NCBI RefSeq assembly: GCF_051893655.1
Contig: NZ_JBJFHN010000130.1
Span: 6,762 to 70,761 of the forward strand
Length of the DNA stretch: 64,000 nucleotides
Direction of reading: 5' to 3'
Origin: Porcipelethomonas sp.
GTDB lineage: Bacteria > Bacillota > Clostridia > Oscillospirales > Ruminococcaceae
Position 1 is the stretch's first letter, and each line of letters opens with the position of its first letter. Made by a program: the position numbers and the translations under genes. Shown one piece after another: positions 29,562 through 37,971 of the stretch. The notes below the pieces were generated by a model. It did not search any database. It was not told where the DNA came from and saw only the letters and a list, made by a program, of their open reading frames with translations.

Positions 29562-30749
29562 ATGGCAAGAAAACTTTTTACATCTGAATCAGTAACTGAG
29601 GGACATCCTGATAAAATCTGTGATCAGATATCAGACGCTATTCTGGACGCATTGCTTGAACAGGATCCGGATTCAAGAGTAGCATGCGAAACAGTATGCA
29701 CAACAGGTATGGTTATGTGTATGGGAGAAATCAGCACAAAGGCTTATGCTGATATTTCAAAAATTGCAAGGGGAGTTATTGTCGATATCGGTTATGACCG
29801 TGCAAAGTTCGGTTTTGATGGCTACACATGCTCTGTACTTTCTACAATTGATGAACAGTCATGCGATATTGCAATGGGCGTAAATGAGGCTCTGGAATCA
29901 AAGGAAGGCAGTATTACTGACAATTACTCTACCGGTGCCGGTGATCAGGGACTCATGTTCGGATATGCCTGCAATGAAACACCTGAGCTTATGCCTATGC
30001 CGATTTCACTTGCTCATAAGCTTGCTATGAAGCTTACAGAAGTAAGAAAGGACGGTACACTTCGCTATCTCCGTCCGGACGGTAAAACTCAGGTTACTAT
30101 TGAGTATGATGATAATAAGCCGGTAAGAGTTGAAACAATTGTAGTATCTTCCCAGCATGCTCCGGAAATAACTCTTGAACAGATTAAAAAGGATATTATG
30201 GAATATGTTATTAAGCCTGTTGTTCCGGCAGAACTGCTTGATGAAAATACAAAATATTTTATAAATCCAACAGGAAGATTTGTTATCGGTGGTCCTCAGG
30301 GCGACAGCGGTCTGACAGGAAGAAAAATTATCGTTGATACTTACGGCGGATATTCCCGTCACGGCGGCGGAGCATTCTCCGGTAAGGATCCTACAAAGGT
30401 TGACAGATCAGCAGCTTATGCCGCACGTTACATTGCTAAAAATATTGTTGCAGCCGGACTGGCTGATAAGTGTGAAGTTCAGCTTGCATATGCAATCGGC
30501 GTTGCACATCCTGTTTCAATTCTTGTTGATACATTTGGTACTGGCAAGGTTGACGAAAATAAACTTTCAGCGGCTGTTGAAAAGGTATTTGATCTGCGTC
30601 CGGCAGCAATTATTGATATGCTGGATCTGAAAAAACCTCAGTACAGAAAGCTTGCAGCATATGGTCACATGGGACGTGAAGATCTCGGCGTTGCATGGGA
30701 GAAAACAGATAAAACTGAAGCAATAAAAGCTGCACTTGCAGAATTATAA
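29562..30749 (+). CDS. metK: S-adenosylmethionine synthetase
   Basis: [35 protein letters not shown]. Confidence 0.97.
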   Translation: MARKLFTSESVTEGHPDKICDQISDAILDALLEQDPDSRVACETVCTTGMVMCMGEISTKAYADISKIARGVIVDIGYDRAKFGFDGYTCSVLSTIDEQSCDIAMGVNEALESKEGSITDNYSTGAGDQGLMFGYACNETPELMPMPISLAHKLAMKLTEVRKDGTLRYLRPDGKTQVTIEYDDNKPVRVETIVVSSQHAPEITLEQIKKDIMEYVIKPVVPAELLDENTKYFINPTGRFVIGGPQGDSGLTGRKIIVDTYGGYSRHGGGAFSGKDPTKVDRSAAYAARYIAKNIVAAGLADKCEVQLAYAIGVAHPVSILVDTFGTGKVDENKLSAAVEKVFDLRPAAIIDMLDLKKPQYRKLAAYGHMGREDLGVAWEKTDKTEAIKAALAEL

Positions 30750-30758
30750 TTTTTATTT

Positions 30759-30844
30759 ATAAGAAGTTCCATTAACAGTGGAACTTCTTTATTTATAAAT
30801 CCGTAAAAAATCCCGTGCCAGACAAACAGCCTTACACGGGATTT
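30759..30844. terminator. Pair of terminator hairpins between convergent metK and the Fe-ADH gene
   Basis: AAGAAGTTCCA/TGGAACTTCTT and AAATCCCGTG/CACGGGATTT. Confidence 0.75.
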
Positions 30845-30878
30845 ATATAAATTTTTTTAAGAGGATTTATATGTATTA

Positions 30879-32090
30879 TCAGAAATCAATTTCAAGATCG
30901 TAATAGCAAGCTTTCAGGAGTTTTTCCATTTCTTCCTGACTTGGCTGACGAGGATTCGAACCTGTACATGCATCTCCGATAGCATTTTTTGCTGTTTCAG
31001 AAAGCTTATCCATAAATTCCTTTTCATCGATTACGCTTGTTTCTGCCTTGACTCCGCCAGGACCATAGAATTTAATTGCCTGCGGAATATCAAGCTGATC
31101 GTTCATAGATCTCAGTTCAGCAATAAGAGCGTCAACAAGCTCCTCAGTTGTGCTGCCCTTTAAATCAATGAATTTTGCAATTTCAGCATAACGCTGTGCA
31201 GCTTCCGGATTCTTTGAATTATATTTGATTACCTTTGGCAGATACATAGCATTTGCACAGCCGTGAATAATATGGTCACCTGTAAATGCAGCACCTGTTT
31301 TATGAGCCATTGAATGAACGATACCCAAAAGAGCATTTGAGAATGCCATACCAGCAAGGCACTGTGCATCATGCATAGCATCTCTTGCTTCCATATCACC
31401 ATCATATGACTTTTTGAGGTTGTTGTGGATCATTTTAATTGCATGCAGTGCAAGAGGATCTGTATAATTGCAGTGAAGTGTTGAAACATAAGCTTCAATA
31501 GCATGTGTCATAGCGTCCATACCTGTATGAGCTGTAAGTTTCTTAGGCATTGTTTCAGCCAGAGCCGGATCAACAATAGCAACGTCCGGAGTAATATTAA
31601 AATCAGCAAGAGGATACTTGATACCCTTTGAATAATCTGTGATAACTGAAAAAGCAGTTACTTCTGTAGCAGTACCGGAAGTTGAAGGAATAGCACAGAA
31701 TTTAGCTTTTGTACGCAGTGTAGGGAAATTAAAAGGTGTAATCAGATCTTCAAATGAAGTATCCGGATATTCATAGAATGCCCACATTGCCTTTGCAGCG
31801 TCAATAGGTGAGCCGCCGCCCATTGCAACGATCCAGTCAGGCTGGAATTCAGTCATGGCTTTAGCACCTTTCATAACTGTTTCAACTGACGGATCAGGTT
31901 CAACATTTTCAAAAAGCTGTACTTCCATTCCGGCTTCTTTAAGATAATTTACAGCCTTGTCCAGGAATCCGAATCGCTTCATTGAACCGCCGCCTACAAC
32001 AACGATTGCTTTTTTTCCTGTTAAGGTTTTAAGGTTTTCTAAAGCGCCTTTTCCGTGATAAAGATCACGAGGTAATGTAAATCTAGCCAT
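30879..32090 (-). CDS. Iron-containing alcohol dehydrogenase (NADPH-dependent butanol dehydrogenase type)
   Basis: VEPDPS, GGGSPIDAAK, PSTSGTATEVT, DAMTHAIE, HSMAH. SD GGAGG places the start at MARFTLPR. Confidence 0.92.
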   Translation of the reverse strand: MARFTLPRDLYHGKGALENLKTLTGKKAIVVVGGGSMKRFGFLDKAVNYLKEAGMEVQLFENVEPDPSVETVMKGAKAMTEFQPDWIVAMGGGSPIDAAKAMWAFYEYPDTSFEDLITPFNFPTLRTKAKFCAIPSTSGTATEVTAFSVITDYSKGIKYPLADFNITPDVAIVDPALAETMPKKLTAHTGMDAMTHAIEAYVSTLHCNYTDPLALHAIKMIHNNLKKSYDGDMEARDAMHDAQCLAGMAFSNALLGIVHSMAHKTGAAFTGDHIIHGCANAMYLPKVIKYNSKNPEAAQRYAEIAKFIDLKGSTTEELVDALIAELRSMNDQLDIPQAIKFYGPGGVKAETSVIDEKEFMDKLSETAKNAIGDACTGSNPRQPSQEEMEKLLKACYYDLEIDF

Positions 32091-32150
32091 TGTTTTATCC
32101 TCCATAATTAAAATTTTGTTTTACAAAATTTAGGACATTTGTCCTTCTAC

Positions 32151-32185
32151 TTGTTAATTTTATAACAATTTCTGCTTTTTGTCAA
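32151..32185 (-). promoter_or_regulatory. SigA promoter with overlapping Rex operator
   Basis: Minus strand TTGACA, 17 bp spacer, TAAAAT. TTGTTAA-TTTT-ATAACAA (32151-32168) matches the Clostridial Rex box TTGTTAA-N4-TTAACAA with one mismatch. Confidence 0.75.
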
Positions 32186-32340
32186 GTGAAAATTTTGTAA
32201 AATATATATGTTTATTTTTTAATTTTAAGGGATTTTTTTGTGCAATTGTTAAAACAAATATGAAATGTCAGAAAAAATAAGTAAAAAGATATAACTTACA
32301 TTGCCGGCATATATTATATAATGATAATCGTACGGGCTGC

Positions 32341-32395
32341 TTGACTTTGAAACTTGCCGGTGCTATAATATTTAAAGTAAACTAAGGCTAACTTT
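32341..32395 (+). promoter_or_regulatory. feoA promoter with downstream DtxR/MntR-type palindrome
   Basis: TTGACT, 17 bp spacer, TGn-TATAAT. AAAGTAAA-CTAAGG-CTAACTTT (32374-32395) lies at the transcription start. Confidence 0.6.
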
Positions 32396-32406
32396 GGGAG
32401 GCAGAT

Positions 32407-32652
32407 ATGAGCGAATGTACTCTTAATAATATAAAAGTCGGTGACAGTGCCTGTGTAACAAGAATAGGTCTTACAGGACCGCTTAAGCGAAGACTTATTG
32501 ATATGGGAATTACACCGGGAGTTAAAATAAAAATAAAAAAATATGCTCCGCTGGGAGATCCGATTGAAATCGAACTCAGAGGATATGAACTGTCAATCAG
32601 ACGGTCGGAAGCTAAAAATATATATGTAAACCCATGCGGCAGGGAGGTCTGA
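32407..32652 (+). CDS. feoA: Ferrous iron transport protein A
   Basis: RRLIDMGITPG, APLGDPIEIELRGYELSIRRSEA. Confidence 0.95.
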   Translation: MSECTLNNIKVGDSACVTRIGLTGPLKRRLIDMGITPGVKIKIKKYAPLGDPIEIELRGYELSIRRSEAKNIYVNPCGREV

Positions 32653-32655
32653 AGT

Positions 32656-34668
32656 ATGTCCCGTAATCTTGCACTTATTGGAAATCCTAACTGCGGAAAA
32701 ACAACGCTTTTCAATATTCTTACCGGAAGTAACCAGTATGTGGGAAACTGGGCTGGTGTTACAGTTGAGAAAAAAACTGGAAAACTGAAAAATTCTGATT
32801 ATAATGTAGTGGATCTTCCGGGAATATATGCTCTTTCACCTTATTCTATTGAGGAAAAGGTTACCCAGGAATTTCTGCTTAAGGAAAATCCTGACGCTAT
32901 TATAAATATAATTGACGGCACAAACTTTGAACGTAATATGTATCTTACCGTTCAGCTTATTGAGCTTAATAAACCTATGGTTATTGCAGTTAATATGATG
33001 GATGATGTAACTGCTGCCGGAGGAAATATTGATTGTGAATATCTTTCGGAACTTATAGGCATTCCCTTTATTCCTATTTCAGCGAGAAAAAATGAAAATG
33101 TAGAAAAGGTTATAGAGGAAATTCATCATGTAATCAATCACCAGCACAAACCATGTGAAATAGACTATAACAGAACTACCCGCAATGCACTTAATCAGAT
33201 TTATTCCGTGATTGTGGACAAGGACAAAACAGACTCTGAACCGTATCCTTATTTTGCTTCAAAATTTCTTGAGGGTGATTACTCAGTTGAAAAATATTTG
33301 CCTGTTACTGATGAACAGAAAAACGAAATAAAGAAAATTGCCGAGGATTATGAACAGCGTTCTCCTTATCAGGACAGGGAAGCTCTTGTGGCAGATGCCA
33401 GATATCACTACATAGAGGAACTTGTTAAAAAAGCTGTAATAAAAAAGAAAAAATCTGATAAGCCTACAGTTTCGGATAAAATTGACCGTATTGTCACAAA
33501 CAGAATACTTGCCTTTCCGATTTTCCTTTTAATTATGATGTGCATGTTTATGCTGACTTTCGGGTCTGTAGGAACATTTTTAAGCGATGCAATTGAAAAT
33601 CTTTTTAATAATATAATTTCTCCAGGCTTATCCTCTGCACTGGTGGCTGTAAATGCCCCGTCATGGACGATACGTCTTGTCTGTGACGGTATTATTGGAG
33701 GAGTAGGAGGAGTTCTGGTATTTCTGCCGCAGATCGCTATCTTATTTCTTTGTCTGTCACTGCTGGAAGACAGCGGATATATGGCGAGAGCAGCCTTTCT
33801 TACTGACCGGTTTCTTCGTAAACTGGGACTGTCGGGAAAATCTTTTATACCAATGCTTATGGGATTCGGATGTACCACACCGGCAGTAATGGCAGCAAGA
33901 ACTCAGGAAAATACAAACGAACGCAGGATGACAATAATGCTTACACCATTTATGTCTTGCGGAGCTAAACTTCCAATATATGCACTGTTTGCTGGAGCAT
34001 TTTTCGGAGCATACAAAGGATTTGTAGTATTCAGTATGTACATAATCGGACTTGTAATGGCAATTATTATGGGAGCTATTTTTAAAAAGACTCTTTTTAA
34101 GGAAAATAAAGCACCTTTTGTTATGGAGCTTCCGCCCTACCGCCGGCCTCTTGTAAAATCTGTTTTAAAAAACACATGGGAAAAAACCAAAGGATTTATA
34201 ATTAAGGCTGGAACAATTATTTTTGCCATGAGTATTGTAATATGGCTGCTTCAGAATTTAACACCGTCTCTGCATTTTACTTCCGACAGCTCAGACAGTA
34301 TTTTTGCTATGATAGGTTCGGCGATTGCTCCGATATTCAGACCTCTGGGATTCGGAACATGGCAGGCTGCTGTTTCTCTGCTTGCCGGTCTGGTTGCAAA
34401 GGAAGCAGTTGTTTCTACAATGGGTGTACTTTATTCAACAGAAAGTACGGCTGCCCTGACCGGTGTGATTTCAGGAATATTTACTCCTCTTGCAGCTTTT
34501 TCATTTATGATATTCTGTCTGCTGTATGTTCCGTGTATTTCAGCATTTGCAACAATAAAAAGAGAAATGGGAAGCTGGAAATGGGCTTTGGGAATAGCTG
34601 CAATACAAACTGGTACGGCGTATATTGTATCACTTCTGGTATACCAGATAGGAAGCTTATTTGTATGA
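32656..34668 (+). CDS. feoB: Ferrous iron transport protein B
   Basis: G-domain GNPNCGKTT, VGNWAGVTVE, DLPG, NMMD; membrane gate motifs LEDSGYMAR, GFGC, PFMSC, LYVPC. Confidence 0.96.
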   Translation: MSRNLALIGNPNCGKTTLFNILTGSNQYVGNWAGVTVEKKTGKLKNSDYNVVDLPGIYALSPYSIEEKVTQEFLLKENPDAIINIIDGTNFERNMYLTVQLIELNKPMVIAVNMMDDVTAAGGNIDCEYLSELIGIPFIPISARKNENVEKVIEEIHHVINHQHKPCEIDYNRTTRNALNQIYSVIVDKDKTDSEPYPYFASKFLEGDYSVEKYLPVTDEQKNEIKKIAEDYEQRSPYQDREALVADARYHYIEELVKKAVIKKKKSDKPTVSDKIDRIVTNRILAFPIFLLIMMCMFMLTFGSVGTFLSDAIENLFNNIISPGLSSALVAVNAPSWTIRLVCDGIIGGVGGVLVFLPQIAILFLCLSLLEDSGYMARAAFLTDRFLRKLGLSGKSFIPMLMGFGCTTPAVMAARTQENTNERRMTIMLTPFMSCGAKLPIYALFAGAFFGAYKGFVVFSMYIIGLVMAIIMGAIFKKTLFKENKAPFVMELPPYRRPLVKSVLKNTWEKTKGFIIKAGTIIFAMSIVIWLLQNLTPSLHFTSDSSDSIFAMIGSAIAPIFRPLGFGTWQAAVSLLAGLVAKEAVVSTMGVLYSTESTAALTGVISGIFTPLAAFSFMIFCLLYVPCISAFATIKREMGSWKWALGIAAIQTGTAYIVSLLVYQIGSLFV

Positions 34669-34690
34669 TAATGTTTTAAACGAGGTTTTT

Positions 34691-34855
34691 ATGAATGTTA
34701 TTAGTATTTTAGTGACTGCTTTATGCATTGGATTAATATGTCTTAGCATATATATAGCTGTAAAAAATATAAAAAATCAGTTGGACGGAAAAGGATGCGG
34801 AAACTGTCATGGCTGTAATGGATGCTCAGATAAAATGTGCAGCAGAAAAAAATAG
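34691..34855 (+). CDS. FeoB-associated Cys-rich membrane protein
   Basis: One TM, then GCGNCHGCNGC...C; directly after feoB; SD GAGG. Confidence 0.85.
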   Translation: MNVISILVTALCIGLICLSIYIAVKNIKNQLDGKGCGNCHGCNGCSDKMCSRKK

Positions 34856-35102
34856 ATTTCACAAAAATTTTGCCGTTTTATCATCTTTACAGGCTCCTGT
34901 TTATTAATGTTTAACAATAAAATGTCATAAAATTTATTAAAAAAATATAAAATTTATGAATATTTGCGTAAATCCCTTTTAAGAATTTAAAAAATAATGT
35001 ATAATGTATAGAGGAACTTTATAAACTGTCTTTTTTTGTCAGAATATCCCGGAAGCTTTTATAAAGTTAATAAAAATATAAATTTTAGGAAAATGGTGTA
35101 GA

Positions 35103-37013
35103 ATGATGAACAAAAAAACAGTTAATATTGCTGTAATTGTTTCAGGAATAGATGAGGAATATCAAAATACTATTTTAAAGGGAATTCAGGATTTTGCATC
35201 AAAACACAATATAAATGTAAGTAATTTTATCGCTTACGGCGGAATTTTAAAAAGCCAGAAATATGATGTCGGCGAATATAATATTTATGAACTTGTAAAT
35301 TTTGCAAAATTTGATGGAGTTATTCTGCTTACTAATACAATTGCTTCTACTGAGGTGACTGAAAAAATTGTTGCCAGAGTTAAGGAGGCAGGTATTCCTA
35401 CTGTAAGTATAGATAACAATATTGATGGATTTTATTATATCGGTATTGATAATTTTTCGGCTATGGAAGTAATGGTAAGACATATTGTTGAACATCATGG
35501 TGCAAGAAAAATAAACTATATTTCCGGACCCGATAATAATCCTGAAAGTATACTCAGACTGCAGGCATATAAAAATGTGCTTGAGGAAAATAACATCGAA
35601 ATTGAAGAAGAAAGAATATATCATGGTCTTTTCAGGGGCAGTGACGGACGTGAGGCGGTTCGTGCATTTTTGAAATCCGATCTGGAATTTCCTGAGGCAA
35701 TTATTTGTGCAAACGATGCTATGGCATTGTCTGCTGTCATAGAACTGGAAAAGTACGGAAAGAATGTTCCGTCTGATGTTCTGGTTACTGGTTTTGACAG
35801 TATTTATGCTGCACAGAATTATGCTCCGGAAATCAGTTCTGTAACAAGACCGCTGAAGCAGTCGGGAGCGCTTGCATGTAAAATAATTTATGATCATATT
35901 AACGGGTGCAAAAGTAATCAAAGTAATATATTGCCTACTGAATATATTTTTGCAGAAAGCTGCGGATGCCCTAACCAGATCATTGATGATATTTCACAGT
36001 TTAAAAAATCAAATTACAGAGCATTGGAAACTTATAATATTTATGTTCCGCTTATTAACAGAATGTCCTGTGAGCTTGAGGAATGTGTTACGCTGGAGGA
36101 AAATATTTCAGTTATAAAAGAGCTTGTCAAGGAAATAAAATGTGAAAAATTCTTTCTGTGTATGTGTGAAAACTGGAATATTGATTATGATGATTCTGAT
36201 AATTATACGGTAAACGGCTATACTGAAAATGTTTATCCGATTGTTTCATATATAAACGGTAATTTTATTGATTATAAGGAATTCAAATCGTTGGAAATGC
36301 TTCCTGAGCTTTTTAAGGATTCTGTTAAAAGCAGTGTGTACTATTTTATGCCTATACATTTCAGAGAGCATTGTCTGGGTTATTGCGTTGTATGCAACTG
36401 CAGTTTTCCGATGGAAAGTGCGCTTTATCATACATGGGTTATGAACATAAGCAACTCTCTGGAAAATATAAGAAAAATTATATGCCTTGACAGAATGGTT
36501 GCAAGGCTTGATCAGATGTCTGTTATTGATCCTCTGGTGCAGATTTATAACAGAAACGGACTGAATAAAAATACCCGTCTTCTTTATGATGAATGTATCA
36601 ATAAACAGCTGGGTGTTATGATAATGTTTATTGATATGGACAATTTAAAATATATTAACGATAAATTCGGGCATAATGAAGGGGATTTTGCGTTGAAATC
36701 CATAGCTGAGGCTCTGAAAAATGCATCAGATGACAGCGGCAGACAGGTATGTGCAAGATTTGGCGGAGATGAATTTATAATATTTGCAGCTGATGCAGAT
36801 GAAAATACTGCTATTAAAATTAATCGCAAAATAGAAGATTATCTTGACAATGTAAACCGGATTTCTGAAAAGCCGTATGAAGTACATGCAAGTATCGGTT
36901 ATTATATTACTAAAGCAAATAATGAGCAGTCACTTTATAATCTGATAACAATTGCTGATAAGATTATGTATGAAAATAAGAAGAAACGCAAGGCACTTGA
37001 AGCCAAAAAATAA
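35103..37013 (+). CDS. Diguanylate cyclase with N-terminal LacI/periplasmic-binding-protein-like sensor domain
   Basis: N-terminal IGIDN, HIVEHHG, ICANDAMA, VTGFD, SCGC (LacI sugar-binding fold, no HTH). C-terminal DMDNLKYINDKFGHNEGD and RFGGDEF. Confidence 0.9.
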   Translation: MMNKKTVNIAVIVSGIDEEYQNTILKGIQDFASKHNINVSNFIAYGGILKSQKYDVGEYNIYELVNFAKFDGVILLTNTIASTEVTEKIVARVKEAGIPTVSIDNNIDGFYYIGIDNFSAMEVMVRHIVEHHGARKINYISGPDNNPESILRLQAYKNVLEENNIEIEEERIYHGLFRGSDGREAVRAFLKSDLEFPEAIICANDAMALSAVIELEKYGKNVPSDVLVTGFDSIYAAQNYAPEISSVTRPLKQSGALACKIIYDHINGCKSNQSNILPTEYIFAESCGCPNQIIDDISQFKKSNYRALETYNIYVPLINRMSCELEECVTLEENISVIKELVKEIKCEKFFLCMCENWNIDYDDSDNYTVNGYTENVYPIVSYINGNFIDYKEFKSLEMLPELFKDSVKSSVYYFMPIHFREHCLGYCVVCNCSFPMESALYHTWVMNISNSLENIRKIICLDRMVARLDQMSVIDPLVQIYNRNGLNKNTRLLYDECINKQLGVMIMFIDMDNLKYINDKFGHNEGDFALKSIAEALKNASDDSGRQVCARFGGDEFIIFAADADENTAIKINRKIEDYLDNVNRISEKPYEVHASIGYYITKANNEQSLYNLITIADKIMYENKKKRKALEAKK

Positions 37014-37018
37014 AACTA

Positions 37019-37056
37019 GGGATTCTTTTTCGTATGAAGAAGAATCCCGTTTTTTG
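37019..37056 (+). terminator. Intrinsic terminator
   Basis: GGGATTCTT / AAGAATCCC followed by GTTTTTT. Confidence 0.75.
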
Positions 37057-37139
37057 TATTTATTAAAGAAAACATGTTTTAAATTGACTGTTTTGGTATT
37101 TTGTCACCAACTTGTAAAGTATTTTATGGCAAATAGATA

Positions 37140-37168
37140 TTGAAAATTTATAGCCGCTATTGTATAAT
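37140..37168 (+). promoter_or_regulatory. SigA promoter of the PP2C gene
   Basis: TTGAAA, 17 bp spacer, TATAAT. Confidence 0.65.
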
Positions 37169-37221
37169 TATTAGGTATATAGAACAAAAATAAAAAATCA
37201 TGATTCTCGAGTGAGGTAACA

Positions 37222-37971
37222 ATGTACTATTGCTGTGGAATAACTGACAAAGGTGTAATGAAACATAATGAAGATGCTTATATGATATCAGGCAAAGTCA
37301 TGACAGAGGGGAATATTGACGTAATGGTTGCTCCTCCGTTTCTTGCGGCTGTTTCAGACGGAGTATCCGGAGAAAGCTACGGTGAACTGGCTTCAAGAAA
37401 ATGTCTGGAATTTTTAAGCCAGGTGAAATTCAGTTCGGATACTGATCTGAAAAAGGCTGTGATGAATGTACACAGAGATTTATATGACTATGGTATTCAG
37501 GATAACAAAACAAAAAATATGCAGGCTACCCTTTGTGCAATTGCTATTGATGAAAACGATAATTTGTATACCGTTAATGTGGGGGATTCCCGTATGTACA
37601 GATACAGAAGGGGAGATATAAAGCAGATTTCAAGAGATCAGTCATTGGTTCAGCTGCTTTATGAGGAAGGCACAATTACTGCTGATGAAAAAAAGCACCA
37701 TGTACATAAAAATATTATTTTTCCTGTTATGGGAAATGTTTCATCAGAGCCTAAGCCGGATATAAAAAATCTTCATGAAATAATGAAATACGGGGATCTA
37801 ATTCTTATATGTTCTGATGGACTTTCTGATTATGTGACCTGTACTGAGATGGAGGATATTCTGGATCTTCCGGCAAAGCTTCCGAAACGTCTTGAAAAGC
37901 TCGTGAAGCTTGCGATTGAAAACGGAAGTCAGGATAATATTACAATAGTTGCTTTGTGCTGTTATGACTGA
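37222..37971 (+). CDS. PP2C-family Ser/Thr protein phosphatase
   Basis: TDKG...NEDA, VSDGVSG, NVGDSRMY, LICSDGL, GSQDNIT. Confidence 0.92.
   Translation: MYYCCGITDKGVMKHNEDAYMISGKVMTEGNIDVMVAPPFLAAVSDGVSGESYGELASRKCLEFLSQVKFSSDTDLKKAVMNVHRDLYDYGIQDNKTKNMQATLCAIAIDENDNLYTVNVGDSRMYRYRRGDIKQISRDQSLVQLLYEEGTITADEKKHHVHKNIIFPVMGNVSSEPKPDIKNLHEIMKYGDLILICSDGLSDYVTCTEMEDILDLPAKLPKRLEKLVKLAIENGSQDNITIVALCCYD

Noticed and set aside
32317-32335. Fur-box-like TATAATGATAATCG upstream of feoA
   Set aside because: Only the left part matches and the right half is not palindromic; the DtxR-type site is better placed.
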